Assembly: GCA_963668115.1 (NCBI GenBank)
Contig: OY764147.1
Coordinates: 2,317,761-2,381,760, forward strand
Length of the DNA: 64,000 bases
Origin: Dehalococcoidia bacterium
Lineage (GTDB): Bacteria; Chloroflexota; Dehalococcoidia; Plut-88900
Direction of reading: 5' to 3'
The translations under genes were made by a program, and so were the position numbers. Positions 9,451 to 17,883 of the stretch are shown in pieces; positions within the stretch are counted from its first letter, which is position 1, and every line of letters starts with the position of its first letter. Below the pieces are notes generated by a model. That model did not search any database. It worked only from the letters and a program-made list of their open reading frames with translations, and was not told the DNA's origin.

Positions 9451-10590
9451 ATGAAAATCGTTGTCGCGCCCCAGGCGTTCAAGGGGAGCCTGGGCGTGTT
9501 CCAGGTCTCCGACGCCATCGTCGCCGGCATCCGGCGCGTCTTCCCCGACGCCCAGGTCCTAATTTCCGCCATGGCTGACGGCGGCGACGGCACCCTTGAA
9601 GTTCTGATGCGGAGCACGGGGGGCCGCACCCACGAGGACGCGGTTACCGGGCCCCTGGGCGAGCCCGTCCAGGCTCACTGGGGAGTGCTCGGCAACAGTG
9701 ACACCGCCGTCGTGGAGATGGCTAGTGCCTCGGGTTTGGCCCTCGTCCCGAGCGACAGGCGAGACCCCCTGATAACCACTACCTACGGCACCGGAGAGCT
9801 GATCCGCCACGCCCTGGACAAGGGGCACCGCAAGTTCATCCTGGGTGTAGGGGGGAGTGCAACGTGCGACGGAGGCACAGGTGTGGCCCAGGCCCTTGGC
9901 GTGAAATTCCTTGACGAAACCGGCGCCGAGCTGCCCTTCGGCGGGGGCCCCCTTGCCCGGCTGGCGAAGATCGACACCTCGGGCATTGACCCTCGGGCCA
10001 CGGAGTCAACGTTCCAGGTCGCCACCGACGTAACCAACCCCCTCTGCGGCCCCGAAGGCACCGCTGCCATCTACGGCCCACAGAAGGGCGCCACCCCGCC
10101 CATCATCGCCCAGCTTGACGCAGCCATGGGCAAATTTGCCGACGTGGTACAGAGAGACCTCGGCATCGATCAGAGGGACGACCCCGGGGCTGGGGCGGCG
10201 GGCGGTCTCGCCTACGGCATGAAGGTGTTCTTCCCCACGGAATTGAAGCCCGGCGTTGAGGTCGTGGCGGATGCTGTTAACTTTGTGGAACAGTTGAACG
10301 GTGCTGACCTCGTCATCACCGGCGAGGGACAGATAGACGGACAGTCGTCGTATGGCAAGACGATCATGGGCGTGGCATCTCGGGCTAAAGGACGCAACAT
10401 CCCGGTCATTGCCCTGGCCGGAGGCCTGGCCCCCGAGTACCGCTCCATCTATGAGCAGGGCGTGACCTCCGTGATGAGCATAGCCCCGGGCCCCATCGCC
10501 CTGGACGCCGCCATCCACGACGCGGACTCCCTCCTCACCGAGGCCACCGAACGCGCCCTCCGCATGGTCTCTCTCGGTATGGGCATCTGA
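9451..10590 (+). CDS. glxK: glycerate kinase
   Basis: N-terminus MKIVVAPQAFKGSL; GVGGSATCDGGTG; ITGEGQIDGQSSYGK. These are glycerate kinase family hallmarks. Confidence 0.85.
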   Translation: MKIVVAPQAFKGSLGVFQVSDAIVAGIRRVFPDAQVLISAMADGGDGTLEVLMRSTGGRTHEDAVTGPLGEPVQAHWGVLGNSDTAVVEMASASGLALVPSDRRDPLITTTYGTGELIRHALDKGHRKFILGVGGSATCDGGTGVAQALGVKFLDETGAELPFGGGPLARLAKIDTSGIDPRATESTFQVATDVTNPLCGPEGTAAIYGPQKGATPPIIAQLDAAMGKFADVVQRDLGIDQRDDPGAGAAGGLAYGMKVFFPTELKPGVEVVADAVNFVEQLNGADLVITGEGQIDGQSSYGKTIMGVASRAKGRNIPVIALAGGLAPEYRSIYEQGVTSVMSIAPGPIALDAAIHDADSLLTEATERALRMVSLGMGI

Positions 10591-10631
10591 GTCGCGGGCA
10601 AAGCATCATCTCTATCGAAACCGGAGGCCTC

Positions 10632-11333
10632 TTGGAAAACGTCAACGGCCCGGGCCCCGACCTCAGAGGCCGCAAAATCCCTGTCCTGGACAAGGGATAC
10701 GTCCATCTCCTCGACTACATAGGCGACGACGACAGGATCCTGTCCGCTGCCCGAGTCTCTACGGGCGCCAAGTCGGACCCCGAGCGCGACCGCAAACTCA
10801 TCTTCTTCCTGATGGAGAACAAGCACCACACCCCCTTCGAGCACGTCGTCTTCCAGTTCGTCATCAAGTGTCCGATCTTCGTGGCCCGGCAGTGGCTCAG
10901 GCACCGCATCGCCAGCTACAACGAACGTTCCGCCCGCTACCGGGTCTTCCAGGAGGAGTTCTACGTCCCCTCCCTCGACGATATTCCCAACATCTTCGAC
11001 GAGGATGACATCAGGGAATACGAGGAGATGATGCACCGGGAGCACGACTTCTACGAGCGCATGATAGAGAAGGCCAAGCCCTATCGGGAGCACCGCAAGC
11101 GCACAAGGGAGGTGTTCCGAGGCGTGCTGGGGACGGCCTACTACACCGAGTTCTACTGGACGCTTAACTTCCGGGCCCTTATGAACTTCCTGGAACTGAG
11201 ATTAGGCGAAGGTGCGCAACCCGAGATCCGTGCCTACGCCCTCGCCATCGAGAAAATCGCTCAAGAGGTTGCTCCCTTAGCCTTCGAAGCCTTCGACGAG
11301 TTCTTCCTGAAGCCCGCCCGGGCCCATGGCTAG
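10632..11333 (+). CDS. thyX: FAD-dependent thymidylate synthase ThyX
   Basis: ThyX signature RHRIASYNERSARY (RHRxxSxNxxSxR) and HHTPFEHVVFQF. Confidence 0.9.
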   Translation: MENVNGPGPDLRGRKIPVLDKGYVHLLDYIGDDDRILSAARVSTGAKSDPERDRKLIFFLMENKHHTPFEHVVFQFVIKCPIFVARQWLRHRIASYNERSARYRVFQEEFYVPSLDDIPNIFDEDDIREYEEMMHREHDFYERMIEKAKPYREHRKRTREVFRGVLGTAYYTEFYWTLNFRALMNFLELRLGEGAQPEIRAYALAIEKIAQEVAPLAFEAFDEFFLKPARAHG

Positions 11334-11958
11334 TCCCGTCCCACTCCCCAGGCTCTGTCTGGTCACAGACTCCACTGTGAAGATGCACGTGCCCCTTGAA
11401 GAAGTGGTAACTGAGGCAGTGTCGGGTGGTGTGGGGATGGTGCAGATCAGGGAGAAGACAATGCCTTCGGGGGAGCTATATGAGCTGGCGAAGAAGCTGC
11501 GGCTCGTGACACAGGGCAAGGCTCTGCTCATCATCAACGATAGGGTTGACGTAGCGCTCGCCATAGATGCCGACGGCCTTCACCTCCCCTCCCACTCCAT
11601 GCCCGTCTGTGTGGCCAAGAAGCTCGGTGGAGAGGGGATGCTGGTTGGCAAGTCAGTGCATAGCGTCGAGGAGGCCGTGGCCGCAGAGCAGGAAGGCGCA
11701 GACTATTTGATACTCGGAACGATATATGGGACTGCATCCCACCCGGGGCGCGAGGGTTCGGGGCCTGGGTTGGTTGCACAGGTGAAGGCCCGGGTCCAAG
11801 CGCCCGTCTACGCCATCGGGGGAATAAATGCCTCCAACGCCGCAGAGGTCATGCAGGCCGGCGCCGACGGCATAGCCGTCATCCGCTCCATCCTCGCGTC
11901 CCTGGACCCTCGGGAAGCGGCCCGTGAGCTTAGAGAGCTTGCAGACTTCAACCGATAG
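11326..11958 (+). CDS. thiE: thiamine-phosphate synthase ThiE
   Basis: LCLVTD...VQIREK...LIINDRVDVALAIDADGLHL...GGINASNA. The start overlaps the thyX end. Confidence 0.85.
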   Translation: MASPVPLPRLCLVTDSTVKMHVPLEEVVTEAVSGGVGMVQIREKTMPSGELYELAKKLRLVTQGKALLIINDRVDVALAIDADGLHLPSHSMPVCVAKKLGGEGMLVGKSVHSVEEAVAAEQEGADYLILGTIYGTASHPGREGSGPGLVAQVKARVQAPVYAIGGINASNAAEVMQAGADGIAVIRSILASLDPREAARELRELADFNR

Positions 11959-11990
11959 ATTGTCGGATAGCAGAAGAAGGACAGAATAAG

Positions 11991-13073
11991 ATGTCGATAG
12001 AAGTGAAGATTTGGCGAATCGGCGAAGAATTTGCTCCAATATCACTCGGCGGGATGGATTATGAACACCGGCTCCAGGACGTCATAGCCTCCGATATCTC
12101 TATGATTGATCCCGGTCTTATAGTAATCGGCCGGGAAGTAGCTACCGCTTTTGGTGGCCGTATCGACATCCTGGCCGTTGATGCAGAAGGCAACTTGGTA
12201 GTAATTGAATTGAAACGTGCGCGTACACCCAGGGATATAGTGGCACAAGTGCTTGATTACGGTTCCTGCATGCTCCACATGGACTCCGAGGTGATTGCTA
12301 AGACTTTTATTGACTACCAGCAACGGTTTCTCAACGAGGCTAACCCCAAAGGAATCAATGACGCATTGCAAGAAAAATTCAACAGTGTTCCTGATGAACT
12401 CAATGCCTCCCACCGACTGCTCATCGTCGCCGAAGAACTCGATCCTTCTACTGAGCGCATAGTCCACTATCTACAAGACAAACACGAGGTTGACATCAAT
12501 GTCGTATTCTTCCGTGCGTTTCAGGATGAAGGACGTCTATATTTGACTCGTACCTGGCTAAATGACCCATTCGTCCTTTCTTCCGAACCTTCTTCCGACA
12601 AACGGCAGAAACGAGAGTGGAATGGTGAATTCTACGTTTCCTTCGGAGAAGGAGAAAGCCGAACTTGGAGCGATGCTAAGAAATACGGCTACGTGAGTGG
12701 AGGAGGAGGAGAGTGGTACGTGAGGACGCTGAGGATGCTTGAACCCGGCAACCGGATATGGGTCTCAGTCCCCGGTAAAGGATACGTAGGCGTTGGGAGA
12801 GTTATCACCCCGGCCATGCGCTTCGATGAGTTCCAAGTCCAACAAAACGGCTCTCTCGTTCCCATCACAACGGTCGGCCTTCAAGCGCCAAAGGCACTCC
12901 AGAAAGAGCAGGCTGAACATTTCGTAGGGGTTGAGTGGATCAAGACTGTCGACCTACAGGATGCAGTGAGAGAACGCGGTTTCTTCGGCAACCAGAACAC
13001 CGTGGCCCAGCCCCGAGACCCCAAGTGGAACTTCACGGTCGAACGCCTGCAATCCATCTGGGGAATAGATTAG
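11991..13073 (+). CDS. uncharacterised protein with an N-terminal PD-(D/E)xK (NucS/DUF91-like) nuclease motif and an about 230-aa C-terminal domain of unknown function
   Basis: GRIDILAVDAEGNLVVIELKRAR matches the RecB/NucS-type D...D/E-x-K core. The rest has no motif I recognise. Confidence 0.5.
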   Translation: MSIEVKIWRIGEEFAPISLGGMDYEHRLQDVIASDISMIDPGLIVIGREVATAFGGRIDILAVDAEGNLVVIELKRARTPRDIVAQVLDYGSCMLHMDSEVIAKTFIDYQQRFLNEANPKGINDALQEKFNSVPDELNASHRLLIVAEELDPSTERIVHYLQDKHEVDINVVFFRAFQDEGRLYLTRTWLNDPFVLSSEPSSDKRQKREWNGEFYVSFGEGESRTWSDAKKYGYVSGGGGEWYVRTLRMLEPGNRIWVSVPGKGYVGVGRVITPAMRFDEFQVQQNGSLVPITTVGLQAPKALQKEQAEHFVGVEWIKTVDLQDAVRERGFFGNQNTVAQPRDPKWNFTVERLQSIWGID

Positions 13074-13109
13074 GGAATTTTGCCGACCGGTTAGTGAGAG
13101 AGGCCCCCC

Positions 13110-13877
13110 ATGCTAGACCTATCTGATAGCCACACCCATCTCGAAGACTACGGAGACCAGCTCCCGGATGTCGTCCAGCGCGCCCGGGACGTCGGTGTCA
13201 GGCGCATCATCACCGCAGGCAGCTCCCTCGAATCTTCCAGGGCCGCCGTCCGCATCGCCGACGAGTACCCCGACATCTACGCGGGCGTCGGCATCCACCC
13301 CCACGCCGCCCACCTCAACATCACCGAGGAAACCTTCGAGGAGCTTGCCGGTCTGGCTCAGTCCAGCGAGAAGGTCCTGATGATCTGTGAACCGGGCCTC
13401 GACTACTTCAAAAGCAAGGCCCCGCGAGAGCTCCAGCAGGACGTCTTCCGCCGACACCTCTGCCTTGCCCGGGAGCTGCAACTGCCCGTGGTATTCCACA
13501 GTAGAGAGGCCTACTGGGACTGCCTGCGCATCCTCAAGGAGGAACGAGTCTACGAGGTCGGGGCCATCATGCACTACTTCGTCGCCGACCAGCGTATCGC
13601 CGAGGAGTGCATCGACATGGGAATCTACGTCTCCTTCTCCAAGACCCTGCTCGCCCTCCCCCACCTCCACCCGATAGCCGCGTCCCTGCCCATGGAGTAC
13701 ATGGTCATAGAGACCGATTCCTTCCCCCAGCCCTGGAAAAAGAAGAACCCCCTGGAACCCGCCCAGCTAATCCGCGTCGCTGAAAAAGTCGCGGAGCTAC
13801 GCGGCATCACCGTCGAGGAAGTCGCCGCTCAGACCACGGCCAACCTGAAGTACGTGTTGGGGCCTAAGCTACTATAG
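13110..13877 (+). CDS. tatD: TatD family metal-dependent hydrolase/DNase
   Basis: N-terminal SDSHTHLED; GIHPH; full-length TatD architecture. Confidence 0.85.
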   Translation: MLDLSDSHTHLEDYGDQLPDVVQRARDVGVRRIITAGSSLESSRAAVRIADEYPDIYAGVGIHPHAAHLNITEETFEELAGLAQSSEKVLMICEPGLDYFKSKAPRELQQDVFRRHLCLARELQLPVVFHSREAYWDCLRILKEERVYEVGAIMHYFVADQRIAEECIDMGIYVSFSKTLLALPHLHPIAASLPMEYMVIETDSFPQPWKKKNPLEPAQLIRVAEKVAELRGITVEEVAAQTTANLKYVLGPKLL

Positions 13878-14721
13878 GGGTGTCGTCCCGGTTGGCCCAC
13901 TCACCCATCGAGCCGTCGTAGTTGCTGACGTTTTCGTATCCCAGGAGCCTGAGGGCAAACATCACGTGTGCCGCGCGAATTCCGCCCTGTCAGTAGGTGA
14001 CTACCTTCTTCTCCGGCGTGATCCCCGCCGACGCATAGAGCTCCCTTAGCTCGTCGGGCGGCAGGAAGGTCCTGAACTCGTCGTCGGTGACCGCTTTCGT
14101 CCACTCGATGTGCACGGTGTCCGGCAGGTGCCCGCCCCGCTTGTTCCCCCGGGTCTGCACCCCCGTGTACTCGTCGTCCGTCCGAACGTCCAGCGTGACC
14201 CATCCCGGCTCGTTCAGCCGCTCCTTCAGTTGGTCGAGGGTGCAGTTGTATTCCGGGTGCATGGTCGGGGTGAAGGTGGCTGGCGGGTACGGCGACATCG
14301 GCCTGCCGCTGTGGTACGTCGCCAGGGGTGCAGGCTCCACCGCCCGACCCTCCGCTATCCACTTGTTCCACCCGCCGTTGAGCACCCGAACCTTCTCATG
14401 GCCGTGCATCCGCAGGAGCCACCACAGCCGACCCGCGTACAGCCCGCCCCAGTCGTCGTAGGCTATTACGTCGTGCTGGTCGCCGATGCCTACCTGCCCC
14501 ATCTCCTCGGCGAACTGGTCGGGGCCCATGACCAGCGCCCGGTTGTCGGGGTCCTTGAAGTAGTTGCGGTTCAGTCCCATCGCCCCCGGAATATGCCCCC
14601 TCTTGTACCCGTCGATGGGCCCCATATCCACGATCCTCAGGTTGGGGTCATCTAGGTGCTCTGCCAGCCATTCCGTCTCGACGATGAGGTCCGGTCTGTT
14701 GTGAGTGTTTTGGTTAGCCAT
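13864..14721 (-). CDS. two-domain rhodanese / 3-mercaptopyruvate-type sulfurtransferase. Candidate selenoprotein: the in-frame TGA at + coordinates 13990-13992 coincides with the catalytic Cys position (…EKKVVTY-U-QGGIRAAHVMFALRLLGYENVSNYDGSMGEWANRDDTPIVA).
   Basis: The annotated ORF 13990-14721 stops at TGA immediately before the conserved active-site loop. Reading through in the same frame gives the canonical rhodanese C-terminus (CxGGxRA...LGY.NV.NYDGS..EW) and ends at TAG 13864-13866. An SD (AGGAGAGGAG) precedes the ATG at 14721. Confidence 0.65.
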
Positions 14722-14740
14722 ATCTTGTCCTGCTCCTCTC

Positions 14741-15097
14741 CTAACTCCCCACCGCCCCCTCCAACGCCTCCACGTTGTACCCCAACACCGGCGCCGACCC
14801 CCCGACCACTATCGGTCTCTTCAGTAGCGCCGGCTCCTGCGTCATCAGGTCCAGCTTTTCATCGTCGGAAAGGGCGTCGACATCCAAACCCAGCTTCTTC
14901 ACCGCCCGACTCTTCCGTGAGAATAGCTGCTCCATGGGTATGATCTCCAGCAGACCCTCGATCTCTTCACGGGACAGGGGCTCCTTGAATATATCCCGCT
15001 CTATGTGGTCGATTTCTTTCTGCGAAAGAAACTCCTTCGCCCTTCTGCAGGAAGTTCAGGAGCGTTTCGTGTACAGCGTTATCCCGGTTGCAGCCAT
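14741..15097 (-). CDS. Spx/ArsC-family thiol-redox protein. Candidate selenoprotein (UxxC): the in-frame TGA at + coordinates 15056-15058 replaces the first Cys of the CxxC motif (MAATGITLYTKRS-U-TSCRRAKEFL...).
   Basis: Strong RBS CGAGGAGGAAATC precedes the ATG at 15097. The translation aligns along its whole length with Bacillus Spx (VTLYTSPSCTSCRKA...ERNIFSEPLS...LLRRPII...VGYNEDE), with the TGA at the Cys10 position. The downstream ORF 14741-14935 is the C-terminal remainder in the same frame. Confidence 0.65.
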
Positions 15098-15270
15098 GAT
15101 TTCCTCCTCGCGATTGCGGTAAAGCTTATGGGGCCATTCTACGCGCCGACCCCCTCCCAGTCCACTGTATGTACTGGGATTTGTTTGATTTGATGATGGG
15201 TTTTGACTTTGCAAGGGTGATGTTCATGTCTGATTCGCGATGGGAAGGTGGGATATGATAGGAATGGGCG

Positions 15271-15690
15271 ATGATCAATAGGTACTACAAATATTCGGAG
15301 TTGACCGGAAGGGTTATCGGGTGCGCGATGACGGTGCACTCGGCCTTGGGCAACGGCTTCCAGGAGGTGATCTACCAGCGGGCATTGGAGATCGAGATGG
15401 CCGACCAAGGGCTTTCCTTCAGCCGGGAACATGAAATGCCTATCTACTACAAAGAGCAGCAGATCGGTGCCAGAAGAGTGGATTTTCTGGTCGATGGCCT
15501 GGTCTCCGTTGAGCTGAAGGCTGTCATAAACCTCGAAGATGTTCACCTTGCGCAGGCCATCAACTACTTGGAGGCCTATGACCTTGAGGTAGGACTGCTA
15601 ATCAACTTCGGTGCCAGAAGCCTCCAATTCAAAAGGGTCGCTAACGGCAAATTCAAACAGAAGAACCAGGTAAACCCGGCAATCCCATAA
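15271..15690 (+). CDS. GxxExxY family protein (PD-(D/E)xK-like)
   Basis: Motif GNGFQEVIY (G-x-x-E-x-x-Y) and overall length match the GxxExxY family. Confidence 0.65.
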   Translation: MINRYYKYSELTGRVIGCAMTVHSALGNGFQEVIYQRALEIEMADQGLSFSREHEMPIYYKEQQIGARRVDFLVDGLVSVELKAVINLEDVHLAQAINYLEAYDLEVGLLINFGARSLQFKRVANGKFKQKNQVNPAIP

Positions 15691-15777
15691 ATCCCGCTAC
15701 ACATAAAGGTGGCTTCCACTCACCCATGAACCACACCCTCAATCCAAGAAATCAAGGTAATCCCTTAATCCCAAGAA

Positions 15778-17637
15778 TCACGGTTCAGACGTTAATTCCG
15801 GGTCCCCCCCATACACCCCCGAGAACCTACCCGAAATTTTCGCACCCGACCCCGTCCCCGCCTCCAATAGTTCCAGCGTCCCCGATGTAAAGGGAGTATA
15901 GCTGTCCGGTGCGACCGCCCCCGCCGGTATGGACCACGTACCCCCGGCTATCGGGTCCCGACCAATGACCAGCGTTGCACCGTCGGCCACCCGTGACACG
16001 GGCAGCACAACGGTCATTCCCGTTATGGAGCCGTCAGCCTCGACGCTGAAGCCGGCTATGGAAGCCAGCTCCCCGACCCCCGGCAGGATAGCCTGCTCAT
16101 CCGGGCTTGCGTGACCGGCGGTTATGGCCACCCCCTCCGTAGACTCTTCGTTTCCGTTCAGCAGAAGCCGCGTAACCGTCCCCTCTTCCCACGGATCGAC
16201 GTTGCGGTTGCTTCCCCAAACGGTCTCGAAGCTCACTTCCAGGGAACCCGACTCCCCCGCCACTTGCCCATAGTCGGGCTCAGGCCAGTCCGGGGGTTCC
16301 GGCGTGATGTCGGCCAGGATCTCCCCCCGACGCTTCAGTATGAACTTTCTCACCCGCTCCGTGTCCTTGGCCGCCGCCTCCCGTGCCCCGGGCTCGGCGT
16401 GCCTCTGGACTATGGCCGCCATCCGGTCGACACTCGCCATCAACTCATCCTCGTCCCAGATCGTCTCCAGCAGTTCCTTCATCCGGGCCGCGTATTTCGC
16501 CCGCCAGTCGGGGGTGTTGTAAAGGCGGTTGGGAATGGCCGTAAGTGCCAGCACCGAGGGGGGCGGGTCGCTAATGTTGTCGAACGGGTTGGGGTCCTCC
16601 TTCAGGTGGAAGGTGTCGTCCACCCCCCAGGGTATGAACACGAAGGGGCCGTCGGGCTCCCGGTAGAAGTGGTAGTTGTTGCGGTTGCCGGCATATCCGT
16701 CCCAGTGGCCCACCAAAACCTCCGTGGCCCAGAAGGACAGGAACCTGTCCAGGTCGACGACCTCGCCCAGCGCTTCCACCCCGCCCCCCGACCCATCCCG
16801 AAGGGCGGCCACCACCGCGTCGATATCCGACCAATCGTCTTCATCCTCGTTGGTCTTCTTCTCAATCGTGCCCCGGTAGTCGGGCGTGAAATCGCTCACC
16901 GTACCCTCGTACAGGTTCCCGTCTGCGCTGTCGAAATGGCGGGCCAGGAACGGCTTCTTGATCTCCTCCACGTGGACGTACAGCCCCAGTTCCTTGCCGT
17001 TCACCGTAACCGTGGCGAAATTGCACCGCGACGCAGGCAACCCCGCGGCCGCGAAGACCTGGTACGTCAAACAGGTGTTTATCATCGATGGGTCTTGGAC
17101 GCTGTTGTTCAACGTCATGCGCTCGATGACGCCTCCAAGGGTCTGGCCGTCCACGTACTTGTCGAACCGGAGCTTCAGCGCCGGCTTCGTGTCGCTCTGT
17201 GACCCGAGAAATCCCTTCTTCCGCACCCCGACCTCCGAGTGCGTCTCCCCATCCACCGTCACCGTCCCGGGGAACCACGTGTAGATGTCCGAAAAGGGAC
17301 GCGACAGCCCGAACTCCTCTATCTCCGCCATCACGTCCTCGAAGGTTCGCGTCTGGTGGCGCAGCGTGTCCCAGTCCTCGCGCGCAATCTCGATTTCTAT
17401 GTCCAGCACCCGACCCAGGTTGAAATATGTGGCGCTTGGGTCGACGACAGCGGTGTCAGGTGCAGATGTAGGAGATGTAGGGGTGGGTGTGCTGGTAGGA
17501 GGGGGCGCGGGTGTGGGAGTGGGCGTAGGAGTCGGGTCTGGGGAGGAACATCCCGCCAGGACCAGGATGGCAAGGGAGATGGCGACCAGAGCCAGGGCCG
17601 CCCGTCTACTGCTTCGCAAAGCTCGATTCATGTCCAA
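15778..17637 (-). CDS. CotH-like (kinase-fold) lipoprotein with an N-terminal Pro/Thr-rich linker
   Basis: Lipobox LVLAGCSS, then a PTPTPTPTPAPPPTSTPTPT stalk. A CotH-like core (NRNNYHFYREPDGPFVFIPWGVDDTF; GNLYEG) follows. Confidence 0.6.
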   Translation of the reverse strand: MDMNRALRSSRRAALALVAISLAILVLAGCSSPDPTPTPTPTPAPPPTSTPTPTSPTSAPDTAVVDPSATYFNLGRVLDIEIEIAREDWDTLRHQTRTFEDVMAEIEEFGLSRPFSDIYTWFPGTVTVDGETHSEVGVRKKGFLGSQSDTKPALKLRFDKYVDGQTLGGVIERMTLNNSVQDPSMINTCLTYQVFAAAGLPASRCNFATVTVNGKELGLYVHVEEIKKPFLARHFDSADGNLYEGTVSDFTPDYRGTIEKKTNEDEDDWSDIDAVVAALRDGSGGGVEALGEVVDLDRFLSFWATEVLVGHWDGYAGNRNNYHFYREPDGPFVFIPWGVDDTFHLKEDPNPFDNISDPPPSVLALTAIPNRLYNTPDWRAKYAARMKELLETIWDEDELMASVDRMAAIVQRHAEPGAREAAAKDTERVRKFILKRRGEILADITPEPPDWPEPDYGQVAGESGSLEVSFETVWGSNRNVDPWEEGTVTRLLLNGNEESTEGVAITAGHASPDEQAILPGVGELASIAGFSVEADGSITGMTVVLPVSRVADGATLVIGRDPIAGGTWSIPAGAVAPDSYTPFTSGTLELLEAGTGSGAKISGRFSGVYGGDPELTSEP

Positions 17638-17883
17638 AAAGCTTCCCCACCCCTTCCTATCCGATTGCCGGATACTTTAGCAACCGACAGCGCCGGTAAA
17701 CAAGCCAACAACAGCTTTTCACATGTCGCAACCGAGGTCACTCCCACCCTCCCCACCCACTCTTTGCCGTCATTCCCGTGCCCCGACACGGGAATCCAGA
17801 ATCAGACGCCTACTTTTTTAATTGGAGACGAGACCCACCCCCGCCCCTTGCCCTCAAGTCATAGGGTTGCCTATAGACTACTA

